Shown: piece after piece, positions 28,063 through 37,881 of the stretch
How positions within the stretch are numbered: position 1 is the first letter of the stretch
Layout of the letters: the number at the start of each line of letters is the position of its first letter
DNA from: an uncultured Gemmatimonadaceae bacterium
GTDB taxonomy: Bacteria > Gemmatimonadota > Gemmatimonadetes > Gemmatimonadales > Gemmatimonadaceae
Assembly (NCBI GenBank): GCA_963781585.1
Contig: CAWAGQ010000006.1
Location: 96,001 to 160,000 of the forward strand
Direction: 5' to 3'
DNA: 64,000 nt
Position numbers and translations under genes: made by a program
The notes under the pieces: generated by a model
Seen by the model: the letters and a program-made list of their open reading frames with translations, nothing else
Databases searched by the model: none
Told to the model about the DNA's origin: nothing

Positions 28063-30900
28063 TCAGTTGGCGGGGATCACCATGCTGGTGATCTTGCCGA
28101 TTCCGCATCCGGAGGGATTCTGGTCCGCGAACGGGCCGAACGTCCCTCCGGAGTTGATGAAGAACGACGGGCCGTGGATGTGGTCGCTGTCGCAATTTGG
28201 GAGATGGGGGTGCGCGATCGTGACGCCGGAGAACGCCGACAGCGGGATTTGCGTTCCGGCCGGGAAAGGACCGTAGGCATTGCCCAGGGTCACGACCTTG
28301 ACGCTCACCGTGCCGTGCACATCGACCGTGAGGTCGACGCTTTCCGACCCCTGGGTGGCAGTGACCTTGACCTGACCGGTGAACGACTTGGCCTGTGAAC
28401 AGTTGAACTTCACCGTGACCGTGCGACTCTCCCCCGGAGGAATGGTGACCGTTCCTCCCACGATGTCGATGACCGTCGAGCCGACCACGACGCTGCTGAT
28501 GTCCATGGGAGTGGTGCCGTTGTTGGTGACGGTGAACGTGCCGAGGGTTTGCGGGCACGCCGTGTCGCCGACGACGTGAACTGCATCGATGGTCTGGGTG
28601 CTGAGTTGCGCGCAGTCCTTGCCGTCCACGCCGTCATTGAAGCTGCTGGTGACGGTACCTGCGCCATGGAGAGTGGTCGACTGCGCCCCTTTTGTTCCTT
28701 TGACGCCGTGAGTCTGTCCGTCGCGTCCGTTCCCGCCATTGGCGGTGGTGATGATCGTGTAGCCTCCGTCGGCAGCCTTGCCTCCCAGTCCCATGCCTCC
28801 CAGGCCGTCCTCTCCGCTGGCCGGCCCACCGTTGCCGCCGCGCCCCCCGTGTTGCAGGTCGGGGCATTCCTTCCATCCCAGGCCGCCGTTCCCATTGGAC
28901 CACGCGCCGAATCCTCCCGCACCCCCCGGGGCGATCAGCGGAGCGCCGGTTCCCAGTCCCTTGGCCAGCGCGTCACCGCCCATGCCGCCGAAGGTCTTGA
29001 TCGCACCACCGTAGCCCGCGTCCTTGAGGGCGTCGGTGCCGTCGCCTCCATTGCCGCCGGCGGAGGTGGCTGCTCCGCCCATCCCTCCGACGCCGCCGGT
29101 GACGGTTGCATTGCCGGCACCGATCACGTTGCCAAACGCGGTGAGCGACACGGCCGGCACGCTTCCGCCCTTGCCACCGTGCGACTCGGCATCACCACCG
29201 TCCTGCGTGCGCGCGGTCCCGACGCCCGGCGTGCCGTTCGCGCCCGTCGCGGTCGCCACGCCGCCCTGGCCGCCACTCCCGAGTTCGATCGTGAACGGGT
29301 CCGTGACCTGAATTCCGCCGCTGCCCGAGATCTGGACCAGGCCCGGGGACGCGCCGTCGCCACCTACCGCTTTCCCGTTCGCAGCCTTGGCCGGATTCAC
29401 GGTGCCCGGCACGCCGGTCGCAATGGCCGACCCCCCGATGCCCCCGTTACCCGACTTGATCCGGTTGCCGCTTCCCACGAACACCAGCTTTCCGGTCGAC
29501 CGCACGCGGATCAAACCGCCCTTGCCTCCGTTCCCGCCTGACGCATCGGCGGATGTCTGGCTGTTGTGCGTGCCCGGGCCACCGTTGCCACCGTTCTGCC
29601 CTTCGACATCGGCGCCTCCTGCCAGTGCGAGATCGGCGCCGCGGCACTGCAGGGTGAACGTCGCGCCATCGCTCCCGTTACCACCATGTTGCCCCGCCGA
29701 GCCGCTCGGAGCGTCAGGCGGCGCCGGGAAATTCGAGTGACCCACGCTGCCGCAGACCAGTGGCGTGCCCGCCGCACCGGTGTTTTGCGAGTGGGCCTCC
29801 AAGCCGACGCTCGAGCCCGCGATGAAGAAGTCGTTGTCGGTGAGCGAGGAGTCGTTCTCGATCTCGAGCGCACCAGCCCGTCGGATCGTAGCCCCCTCGA
29901 TGGTGAAACCACCGCCCGCGTAGATCTTGAGGCGGGGAGGATTCTCAGGCTGCACGGCGCAGCTGTTGTCCAGCGTACCGGTCACGCTGACGGCCTGCTC
30001 ACTGTTGATCGCGATCGCAACGCAGTTCCCCTGCATCGTCCCGGAGACGTCGACCGCTTCGTCCGCATCGATTGTCACGTCGCCGGAAACGGTGACCGTG
30101 CGCCCCGCAGCGATCGTCATGCTGGTCACCTGCACCGTCCCAGTTGTGAACGTCGTATCCTTGGACGGATTCAGAACCACCACCTGCCCCTGGGCCGAAA
30201 AGGTCGCGGGATTCCCGGTGATACCGGAGCCCGTCACGCTGGCGGTCATTGTGTTCGCTCCCTGCGCAGGACCGAGCGTCCACGAATCGAGAGTCGCAAC
30301 GCCATCCGCCGCCGTCTGAGCGCTCCCGGGAGTGACGCTCCCGCCGCCGGCCGTGACGGCAAACGTCACCGTCGCGCCCGCGATCGGATTGTCGAACTGG
30401 TCGGTGACCCGAACGGCTGGCCGCACGGTCACCGCATGGTGCGCAACCGCGGTCTGATTGTCGCCGGCAGTCTTTTCCAGCTTGGCCGGCGGTCCGGCAG
30501 CCGCCGTCGCCGTGAACGTGATCGGGCTTCCGGAGGCGCCGGAAACCGTCGCGGAAAGTGTGTTCGCGCCGGTGGTGTGCCCCAGGACCCACGAGCCGAC
30601 GGCCGCAACGCCGCTCGCGTTTGTCGTCGAGGTCGCGCCGGTAACTGTCCCACCGCCGGACGCGACGGCGAACGTGACGGCAACGCCGGAAACGGGCTGA
30701 GACGATCGGGTGACCTTCACGGAGGGCGCGGTGCCTACCGCCTGCCCCACCGTTCCGTTCTGGCCGTCTCCCGACGCCAGTGCGACGGCCAGGGGACCGG
30801 ACGGTCCGGTCGATTTGTCTCCACCGCCACCGCATCCGGACGATAGCAGAAGGCAGGCAATGCCAAGCGCGCCAAGCGGCGCGAACGTGACTCGTCGCAT
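28063..30900 (-). CDS. Large surface lipoprotein with Ig-like (Big) repeats, a glycine-rich region and a C-terminal Ig-like domain
   Basis: Lipobox LSSGC; two GD(G/N)Q...VTFAV..GGG...W.LG repeats; long GGxGG-rich tract; FTVTNNG Ig-like domain. Confidence 0.8.
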   Translation of the reverse strand: MRRVTFAPLGALGIACLLLSSGCGGGGDKSTGPSGPLAVALASGDGQNGTVGQAVGTAPSVKVTRSSQPVSGVAVTFAVASGGGTVTGATSTTNASGVAAVGSWVLGHTTGANTLSATVSGASGSPITFTATAAAGPPAKLEKTAGDNQTAVAHHAVTVRPAVRVTDQFDNPIAGATVTFAVTAGGGSVTPGSAQTAADGVATLDSWTLGPAQGANTMTASVTGSGITGNPATFSAQGQVVVLNPSKDTTFTTGTVQVTSMTIAAGRTVTVSGDVTIDADEAVDVSGTMQGNCVAIAINSEQAVSVTGTLDNSCAVQPENPPRLKIYAGGGFTIEGATIRRAGALEIENDSSLTDNDFFIAGSSVGLEAHSQNTGAAGTPLVCGSVGHSNFPAPPDAPSGSAGQHGGNGSDGATFTLQCRGADLALAGGADVEGQNGGNGGPGTHNSQTSADASGGNGGKGGLIRVRSTGKLVFVGSGNRIKSGNGGIGGSAIATGVPGTVNPAKAANGKAVGGDGASPGLVQISGSGGIQVTDPFTIELGSGGQGGVATATGANGTPGVGTARTQDGGDAESHGGKGGSVPAVSLTAFGNVIGAGNATVTGGVGGMGGAATSAGGNGGDGTDALKDAGYGGAIKTFGGMGGDALAKGLGTGAPLIAPGGAGGFGAWSNGNGGLGWKECPDLQHGGRGGNGGPASGEDGLGGMGLGGKAADGGYTIITTANGGNGRDGQTHGVKGTKGAQSTTLHGAGTVTSSFNDGVDGKDCAQLSTQTIDAVHVVGDTACPQTLGTFTVTNNGTTPMDISSVVVGSTVIDIVGGTVTIPPGESRTVTVKFNCSQAKSFTGQVKVTATQGSESVDLTVDVHGTVSVKVVTLGNAYGPFPAGTQIPLSAFSGVTIAHPHLPNCDSDHIHGPSFFINSGGTFGPFADQNPSGCGIGKITSMVIPAN

Positions 30901-31078
30901 GGGAACCCCTGGAGGAGAGTCTGGCCACATTAGCCCGCTTTAACGCTCGGTGCAAGAAGTGCACGAGGTCGGTTTGGTATCGACAATCGCGTCCTCGACG
31001 GAGCAGGGGCGGCGCGCCGTGCGGGCGACTTTCAAGTCATTGTCAGCAATCCGGATCCAGGGTGTGGACTGGTGCAGG

Positions 31079-34000
31079 TCAGTGGAAGTCGTGACCCTTG
31101 GCCCAGCCCTCGCCGGCGTCCGCGCGTAATGCCCGGAACTGTTCGCCGCGGAGATTCACCACGCGGCTTTCCACCTGCAGCGTGCCGCGCACCAGCAGGA
31201 GCGGCGACGTCGAGATGAGCAGCGCCTGCCGCTCGAAGCGTTTGGGTGTGACGACGACATTGAGGATTCCGGTCTCGTCCTCGAGCGAGAGGAATACGAA
31301 TCCCTTGGCGGTTCCCGGTCGCTGCCGGCAGATGACGAGCCCGGCGTGCGCGACGCGTTCGCCGTTCTTTCCGCGCCGCAGGAGGTCGGCTGCCGACCGA
31401 ATCCCGTTAGGCGCGAGATGCGGCCGCAGGTGGCGCAGCGGATGGCCGTTGAGGGAGAGGCCGGTCATGCGGTAGTCGGCGTCGGTGAGCTCGATCCGGG
31501 AGAGGGGAGGGAGGGCGGGGCCGGGTGCCTGACGGGACGAGGTACCGGGTGGGCGCGAGTGGGTTGTCGTACGCACGGCGCGCGGCAGCAGCGGATCGGT
31601 GTGGGGCCGCTCTCCGACATCCGTGTTTCGCTGCGGCGCCAGCGGCCCCGCGTCTCCGCGCATCGCATCCAGCACACGCCAGAGCGCCACCCGCCGCCGC
31701 TGCGCGGGCGGCACGTCGGCCACCATCGTATCGAACGCCCCGGCCTCGCACAGCGCGCGCAACGCGCCCTGGTCGAGGGCCGCGCGTCGAACGACATCCG
31801 GAATGTCCGCGAACGATCCGTCGCGCAGCGCGCGCTCCAGTTTCTCGCGCGCTGCCGCGCCCAGGCCGCGGACCAGGCGGAGGCCGAGGCGGACCACAGG
31901 AGCCGCAGTGCCGGGTGCGGAACGCGTGGTGCGCGGAGGACTTCCCGTCGGCGTCGGTCGGGCCTGTGGCCTGTGGCCTGTGGCCTGTGGCCTCTGGACT
32001 CCGGGCTCCGGGCTCTGGCCTCTGGCCATTGGCCTCTGGCCTCTGGCCTGCCGTATCACGCCATCATGCGGTACGACCATCGTCCCATCGGAACATTCCA
32101 GCGCGTGATCCCACGCCGAGCGTGTGAGATCCACCGGGCGCACCGTGACGCCGTGCCGTTTCGCGTCCTCGACCAGCGTGCCCACCGAATAGAACCCCAT
32201 GGGTTGCGCGTTGAGGATGGCGGCGGTGAACTCGGGCGCGTAGTAGTGCCGCAGGTACGCCGAGGCGTAGACGATGAGCGCGAAGCTGGCGGCGTGCGAT
32301 TCGGGGAAGCCGTAGTCGGCGAAGGCATTGATCTGGTTGTAAATACGCCGGGCGACGTCTTCGGCGATGCCGTTGCGCTGCATCCCGGTGATGAGCTTTT
32401 CGCAGATCGCCGCCATCCGTTCGCGCGACCGTTTGTGGCCCATCGCCCGGCGCAGGATGTCGGCCTCGCCCGGCGTGAATCCCGCGGCCACGATCGCCAC
32501 CTGCATGCCCTGCTCCTGAAAGAGCGGGATGCCTAACGTGCGCTTGAGCACCGGCTCGAGCGATGGGTGCGGGTACTCGATCTGCTCGGTGCCCATCCGC
32601 CGGCGCAGATACGGATTCACCATCTCGCCCTGGATGGGCCCGGGGCGGATGATCGCGACCTCCACCACCACGTCGTAAAACGACCGCGGCTTGAGGCGGG
32701 GGAGCGTATTCATCTGCGCCCGGCTCTCCACCTGGAACACGCCGATCGTGTCGGCGGCACAGAGGTCGTCGTACACTGCCTGATCGGTCATGTCGAGGGC
32801 CCCCAGGTCGATCGTCACGCCGCGGGTGGCCCGGATGTACTTGAGACAATCCTGGAGCACGGTGAGCATGCCGAGACCCAGCAGATCGATCTTCACCAGG
32901 CCGGCGGCATCGAGATCGTCGCGCTCCCACTGGATCACCGTGCGTCCCGGCATCGACGCCGGCTCGATAGGCACCACGGTGCGCAGCGGTTCCTTCGTGA
33001 GCACGAACCCGCCCACGTGGATCGATCGATGACGCGGCGCCTGGTGCAGTCCCTCGACGATATCCGGCAGCACCCGCACCCGGCGGTCGGCGGGATCGAG
33101 ACCGGCCTGCGCCAGAATGGAGGAGGGATCGGGCGCCACGGAGGAGCGGTTCTCGCCGGCGGCATTCTGATCTTCGATTTCTGGGCTCTGGCCTTTCGCC
33201 TCGGGCCTTTCACCTCTGGCCTTTGGCCTCTGACCTGTCGTACTCCGCCGCTCCGATTCCTTCATCGCCCGCGCCCGCGCCGCCGCCTCCGTGCCGGGCA
33301 CCATGTCCTGGCCAAGCCGCTCGGCGAGCAGCTTCTCGGCGTTCCATTCTTCGGGGCGTTTGCGCGGATCGTCGGGAATGCCGGGACGATCGCTTTGCGG
33401 ATCGAGGTCGTAGTGTCGGCCGAGCATCGTCTCGGCGGTGGTCCCGGCACGCAACGCGTCGGCGGTGGCCCGCGCCGAAAAGCGATCGGAGAGCGCGCTC
33501 AATACGTCGGCCTGTTCCACCGAGAACCCCAGCACCCGCGCCGTGTCGCGCACCGCCGACCGCCCGCGATAGGTGATGTGCTCGCAGACCATCGCGGCGT
33601 GCTCACGCCCGTACCGTTCGTAGACGTACTGGAGCACGGTCTCGCGATCGCGATGGGCGAAATCGAGGTCGATGTCGGGGGCTTCGGGGCGCTCCTCGCT
33701 CAGAAAGCGCTCGAAGAGCAGCTCCATGCGGATCGGATCGATGGCGGTGATGCCCAGGCAGTAGCAGACCACCGAATTCGCGGCCGAGCCGCGTCCCTGG
33801 CAGAGTACCCCGGCGCGCCGGGCGAAGCGGACGATGTCCCAGACGATGAGGAAGTATCCGGCGAGGCCGAGCCGGCGGATGAGGTCCAGCTCGTGCGCGA
33901 TCTGCGCGCGGTGGCGCGCGGGAAGCGTCTCGAAGATGGCGATGCGATCGGGGGGAGCGGCAGACGGTGGCGGCACTCCGCGTGCGCGCATCGCGGCGCT

Positions 34001-34912
34001 CGCGCCGATGCGTTCGCACGCCCCCTGTTCCACCAGCCGCGCCAGGTACTCGTCGGCCGAGACGCCGGGAGGAAGCGGGAATTCCGGCAGCGTGGGTTTC
34101 AGGTCCGCGAGCCGGAAGCCGCACCGCTCGGCAATGCCTGACGTGGCGCGGAGCCCCGTCTCATCCTGTTGCCAGCGGCGCCGCATCTGGGCCGCGCTCT
34201 TCAGATACCACTCGCCGTTGGGGCGGAGCCGGGTGCCCATCTCGTCCAGCCGGCGCTGGTGCCTGATGGCGCCGAGCACGTCGTGCACGATCCGCTCCGT
34301 CGGCTGGGCGTAGTGCACGTCGTTGGTCACGACCCACGGCACCCCCAGCGACCTGGCGAGGGGAATGAGATGCCTGACGAGGGAGCGTTCCTCGGGCAGA
34401 TGGTGATCCCAGCATTCGATGGCCAGGCGCCCCTCGAAGAGATCCAGCAGAGCCGCCGCGGCCTCGCACGCCCCGTCGAGATCTCCGGCGGCGATGCGCG
34501 ATGGTACCCACCCACGCGGACATCCGGTGAGGGCGAAGATGCCGCGCGCATGCCGCGCCAGCGTGTCGAGCGTGACCGTGGGTTCGCCGCGGGGCGTGTC
34601 CATGCGGGCACGGGTGATGAGGGTCGCGATGTTGCCGTATCCCTCGCGCGTCTCGGCGAGCAGGACGAGATGGCCAGGGGTGTCGTCCACCGAAACCGTG
34701 AGCTCGACGCCGATGATCCCGCCGACGCCAAGTTCCCTCGCCGCCTGCGCAAACCGGACCGCGCCGCCCAGGTCGTCGTGGTCGGTGAGCGCGAGCGACG
34801 ACATGCCGAGCGCCGCCGCCCGCGCCAGGAGCGCCTCCGGTTCGGACGCACCGTCGAGGAGGGAGAAGACGGAGTGACAGTGGAGTTCGACGTAATCAGA
34901 AGAACCGGTCAT
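31079..34912 (-). CDS. dnaE2: Error-prone DNA polymerase III alpha (DnaE2/ImuC) with low-complexity insertions
   Basis: PHP ELHCHS, GRGSAANS, PDIDLD, SIHVGG, KIDLLGLGML, GFPESHA, RQRPGTAKGFVF; C-terminal GHDFH resembles the DnaE2 SRDFH tail. Confidence 0.95.
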   Translation of the reverse strand: MTGSSDYVELHCHSVFSLLDGASEPEALLARAAALGMSSLALTDHDDLGGAVRFAQAARELGVGGIIGVELTVSVDDTPGHLVLLAETREGYGNIATLITRARMDTPRGEPTVTLDTLARHARGIFALTGCPRGWVPSRIAAGDLDGACEAAAALLDLFEGRLAIECWDHHLPEERSLVRHLIPLARSLGVPWVVTNDVHYAQPTERIVHDVLGAIRHQRRLDEMGTRLRPNGEWYLKSAAQMRRRWQQDETGLRATSGIAERCGFRLADLKPTLPEFPLPPGVSADEYLARLVEQGACERIGASAAMRARGVPPPSAAPPDRIAIFETLPARHRAQIAHELDLIRRLGLAGYFLIVWDIVRFARRAGVLCQGRGSAANSVVCYCLGITAIDPIRMELLFERFLSEERPEAPDIDLDFAHRDRETVLQYVYERYGREHAAMVCEHITYRGRSAVRDTARVLGFSVEQADVLSALSDRFSARATADALRAGTTAETMLGRHYDLDPQSDRPGIPDDPRKRPEEWNAEKLLAERLGQDMVPGTEAAARARAMKESERRSTTGQRPKARGERPEAKGQSPEIEDQNAAGENRSSVAPDPSSILAQAGLDPADRRVRVLPDIVEGLHQAPRHRSIHVGGFVLTKEPLRTVVPIEPASMPGRTVIQWERDDLDAAGLVKIDLLGLGMLTVLQDCLKYIRATRGVTIDLGALDMTDQAVYDDLCAADTIGVFQVESRAQMNTLPRLKPRSFYDVVVEVAIIRPGPIQGEMVNPYLRRRMGTEQIEYPHPSLEPVLKRTLGIPLFQEQGMQVAIVAAGFTPGEADILRRAMGHKRSRERMAAICEKLITGMQRNGIAEDVARRIYNQINAFADYGFPESHAASFALIVYASAYLRHYYAPEFTAAILNAQPMGFYSVGTLVEDAKRHGVTVRPVDLTRSAWDHALECSDGTMVVPHDGVIRQARGQRPMARGQSPEPGVQRPQATGHRPQARPTPTGSPPRTTRSAPGTAAPVVRLGLRLVRGLGAAAREKLERALRDGSFADIPDVVRRAALDQGALRALCEAGAFDTMVADVPPAQRRRVALWRVLDAMRGDAGPLAPQRNTDVGERPHTDPLLPRAVRTTTHSRPPGTSSRQAPGPALPPLSRIELTDADYRMTGLSLNGHPLRHLRPHLAPNGIRSAADLLRRGKNGERVAHAGLVICRQRPGTAKGFVFLSLEDETGILNVVVTPKRFERQALLISTSPLLLVRGTLQVESRVVNLRGEQFRALRADAGEGWAKGHDFH
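31961..32051. repeat. Tandem degenerate heptamer array (GGCCTGT/GGCCTCT, about 13 units) inside dnaE2
   Basis: ggcctgt x4, ggcctct, ggactcc, gggctcc, gggctct, ggcctct, ggccatt, ggcctct x2, ggcctgc. Confidence 0.9.
33183..33238. repeat. Tandem degenerate heptamer array (about 8 units) inside dnaE2
   Basis: gggctct ggccttt cgcctcg ggccttt cacctct ggccttt ggcctct gacctgt. Confidence 0.8.
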
Positions 34913-34961
34913 AGCGCCGAGCGCTCATGGCTCACAGCCAGAAGACGAGGAGTTGCGGCGA

Positions 34962-37073
34962 TCAGTCGTACCAGCCCTGCACATACCAGCCGCCTTCCGC
35001 GGCTGCGCCATCGCGAAAGAGCACGAGATCGCCTTCTCCCTCTGCTTCCTCGCACCGCCAGTAATCGCGCGCATATCCGTCCTTCCACCAATCGCCCGAC
35101 AGGCGCTCGGGTCCGACGGTGCGCTCGATGCGCACCCGTCGACCGCGCCACCAGAGCACGCGCGGTGCACCGTCTTCACACTCGACCTCCACGGACTCGG
35201 GAGGCTCGAGTTGGCGGAGTGCCCGGGCGAGGTGTGGCAGGGAGCCGTCACCGGGCGACGGGTTTGCGCTTCGCCCCACGCCGTCGATCTCGAGGATCCG
35301 CCGGTGTCGCAACACGCCGGGTTTCCGGTTGTCTCTCGTACCACGGTGCGGTTCCCGGTGTGGCCGGTCTCTCCCTGGCATCGGGGGCTCATCGTCCGGT
35401 GTTTCGATTCCCACCCATGCGCCAGCGCGTTCCGGCCGGTGCTCATCGCGCACCACGGGGAAGACCACCGCGTCGGAGCCGAGTTCCGCGCGCAGGCGCG
35501 CGAAGGCGGCATCGGCGGCCGCCGGGTCGCGCCATGAGGGGTCGAGCAGGTCGCCCTGCTCGCCGGTGAGTGGTGCGGTGGCGGAGATGGCCACGGTCAC
35601 GCCGCACACCGGTGCCGAGAGCGTCCAGCGGTCGAGGAGGGCGCGGCATCGTTCGAGCAGCGGCACCGGCCGTGCGAGCGGGCGGGCGAGGCGCACTTCG
35701 CGCGTGATCGTATGCGCCGGTGAACCGCCGGGGAGGGCGCTGCGCGGGTCGTCGAGCGTGAGGGTGATCGCCACCGTTGCCGCAGCCCGTCCGTCGGCAA
35801 CGAGCTCACGCACCAGCCGGTCGAGGGCGGCCCGGACCAGGAAGAGCACGGGTTGCATCGCGGTCACGCTCGGGGCGAGATCGGCCGACGCGGACCGTGG
35901 CGCGTCGGCGCGGGCCAGCAGCGGACGGCGGTGGTCCTCGCCGTGTGACAGGCGCCAGGCGGCGAGTCCGGTGTTTCCCCATCGCCGTTCGACGTCCTCC
36001 GCGGAAAAGGCGGCGAACGCGCCGGCGGTAGGGATGCCTAACGCCTTGAGCGTGTCTCGCAGCTCCTCGTCCATGGGGAGGAGTCCGAGCGGGACGTTGG
36101 CCAGGTAGGCGGCGCACTGGCCGGGGGGCACGATGACGATCGGGTCGGGCGTCCGGGATCGGGAATCCGGGGGGAGGCCGGAAGCGCGGGCCGGGGGTCG
36201 GAGGGGAGGCGGAGGCGTTTCCGGTGCGTGCGGGGCGTTGGCGGCTTCCGGTCTCCGTCCCGCCAGTTCCCAGGTGCCGGCGCGTGCGGCGACACACGAG
36301 TCAGCGATGGCCACGCGGGCGCGTGGGTGCCAGCGGCGCGCGCGATGCAGCAGGGCGGCTGCCAGCGCGCGTTCACCGCCTAACGCTTCGAGTCCGGCGG
36401 CGCCGACCCACCAGAGTCCCGGCGCACCGGCGACGGGAGTGACCTGGGGGCTGGCGGCGAGGAAGGCGGCGGTGGCGCGCCGGACTTCGTCGGCGATGGC
36501 GGTGGCATCCCACGGGAGCACGGTCAGGGTGGCGCATCGCGCCCGTGCTTCGGTGGTTGTCATGCCGGCGCGGACCCGGTTGTGCGCGGCGGCGGTGGTG
36601 ACTGTACAGAGCCGTGGCCCCTCGGCGAGGGCGATGGGGAGATCATCCCAGTGCGGCGATGGAACGATGGGAGACGCGTTGGAATGGTGACGCGCCGCGG
36701 TGATGGAAGCGGTATGCTGAATAGCGGGGGGGGGGCCCAGTGGCCGTCCGTTACCGCCCGGTTTCCCCAGCGAGGAGGAATCCGTCGCGCCCGACGACCG
36801 GCTCGGCACATCGGCGCTTGCGGGGGAGCGAGAAGCCGGTGTCCCGGGATCGCAGTCCGACATCGGACTGGCCGACGGGTTCGCTTCTTCCTGCCGTTTC
36901 CGGCTGCTGGACGGCGCCTTCCGGTCGTCTGTCTCCAGCTCGAGCGCCAACTGGCCGCCTGGCGCCAGGAACGCCGGGAGCGGCGCGTTCCCCTCGGCGA
37001 TTGCGCGGTGCCACACCGCGCCGATCGGGAACCTCGGAATACGCACACAGGCGATGCGTCCTGTCGATCGCAC
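34962..37073 (-). CDS. imuB: ImuB (inactive Y-family polymerase-like)
   Basis: RIACVRIPRF start, GMTTTEARARC, LKALGI..., C-terminal GPERLSGDWW...RDYW; lies between imuA and dnaE2. Start GTG 37073 inferred. Confidence 0.85.
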   Translation of the reverse strand: MRSTGRIACVRIPRFPIGAVWHRAIAEGNAPLPAFLAPGGQLALELETDDRKAPSSSRKRQEEANPSASPMSDCDPGTPASRSPASADVPSRSSGATDSSSLGKPGGNGRPLGPPPAIQHTASITAARHHSNASPIVPSPHWDDLPIALAEGPRLCTVTTAAAHNRVRAGMTTTEARARCATLTVLPWDATAIADEVRRATAAFLAASPQVTPVAGAPGLWWVGAAGLEALGGERALAAALLHRARRWHPRARVAIADSCVAARAGTWELAGRRPEAANAPHAPETPPPPLRPPARASGLPPDSRSRTPDPIVIVPPGQCAAYLANVPLGLLPMDEELRDTLKALGIPTAGAFAAFSAEDVERRWGNTGLAAWRLSHGEDHRRPLLARADAPRSASADLAPSVTAMQPVLFLVRAALDRLVRELVADGRAAATVAITLTLDDPRSALPGGSPAHTITREVRLARPLARPVPLLERCRALLDRWTLSAPVCGVTVAISATAPLTGEQGDLLDPSWRDPAAADAAFARLRAELGSDAVVFPVVRDEHRPERAGAWVGIETPDDEPPMPGRDRPHREPHRGTRDNRKPGVLRHRRILEIDGVGRSANPSPGDGSLPHLARALRQLEPPESVEVECEDGAPRVLWWRGRRVRIERTVGPERLSGDWWKDGYARDYWRCEEAEGEGDLVLFRDGAAAEGGWYVQGWYD

Positions 37074-37788
37074 AACTGACCTCCACCGGGTGATGCCGTC
37101 CGCCCTTTTCCACCGCGACGCACAGCATGCTCGCCGAGCGCCGGGACACCGAGACCGACCGGAGGGGAGGAGCGTGGCCACGACCGTCCGCCCTCCGACT
37201 TCCACCCGGTCGTCGCCTGCTCATTCGTAATCGCACCGCGCTTCCCACTCCTCCTCCGGCGCGGGTAGCCGGGTCCGCCCGCTCGTCACCCACCACCACC
37301 AGCGCGGCGTCGTGATCGCGTGCCAGCCGCGTGAGGCGAACGGCAACCGGCCGTGAGAGCGGGGGCCCGCCGTCGAGCACCACCAGGCCGAACGCCCCGC
37401 TTCGCAACAGGACGTCCGCGCACCAGGCACTCCGGCTGGCATCCGGCGGCCGGATGACCCACAGATGTTTCTCCGCCTCTCCCCGCTTCCGCTTCCCGGT
37501 TCTCCGCTCCTCGTTGAAGGCGGTCCAGTCGCGCGGCGCCAGTGTCCGCGTTGCGTCGACATAGGCTACCCAGCGCCGGGCCGCGATGGCCCCGGCCACG
37601 ATCTGCCTGACGAGGGTCGTCTTCCCGCTTCCCCGTGCGCCGATGATCTCGGTGAGCCGGCCGTACGGGACGCCGCCGTCCGACAGCGCTCGATCGAGCG
37701 CCGCGATGCCGGTGGGTATCGCCGCTCCGCCGGCGCGCGGCGGGGCGAGGAAGACAGCGAGCTGCTGACGAAGCGCGGCGAGAGACAT
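36751..37788 (-). CDS. imuA: ImuA (RecA/SulA-like)
   Basis: IPTGIAALDRAL..GGVPYGRLTEIIGARGSGKTT, AYVDA, LLRSGAFGLVVLD. Confidence 0.85.
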   Translation of the reverse strand: MSLAALRQQLAVFLAPPRAGGAAIPTGIAALDRALSDGGVPYGRLTEIIGARGSGKTTLVRQIVAGAIAARRWVAYVDATRTLAPRDWTAFNEERRTGKRKRGEAEKHLWVIRPPDASRSAWCADVLLRSGAFGLVVLDGGPPLSRPVAVRLTRLARDHDAALVVVGDERADPATRAGGGVGSAVRLRMSRRRPGGSRRADGRGHAPPLRSVSVSRRSASMLCVAVEKGGRHHPVEVSCAIDRTHRLCAYSEVPDRRGVAPRNRRGERAAPGVPGARRPVGARAGDRRPEGAVQQPETAGRSEPVGQSDVGLRSRDTGFSLPRKRRCAEPVVGRDGFLLAGETGR

Positions 37789-37800
37789 GGGTTGTTGGGA

Positions 37801-37866
37801 GGCCAGAGGTCATGGGTCATAGGCCAAAGGCCATCGGTCATAGGCCAAAGGGTCAAAGGCCATGGC
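37801..37866. repeat. Intergenic heptamer array (GGYCANN)
   Basis: ggccaga ggtcatg ggtcata ggccaaa ggccatc ggtcata ggccaaa ... Confidence 0.8.
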
Positions 37867-37881
37867 CTTCGACGCGAACGC

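Noticed and set aside
33100..33460. Intein in DnaE2
   Set aside because: The insertion lacks an N-terminal Cys/Ser block, the C-terminal HN-C/S/T and LAGLIDADG motifs; it is low-complexity and partly repeat-derived.
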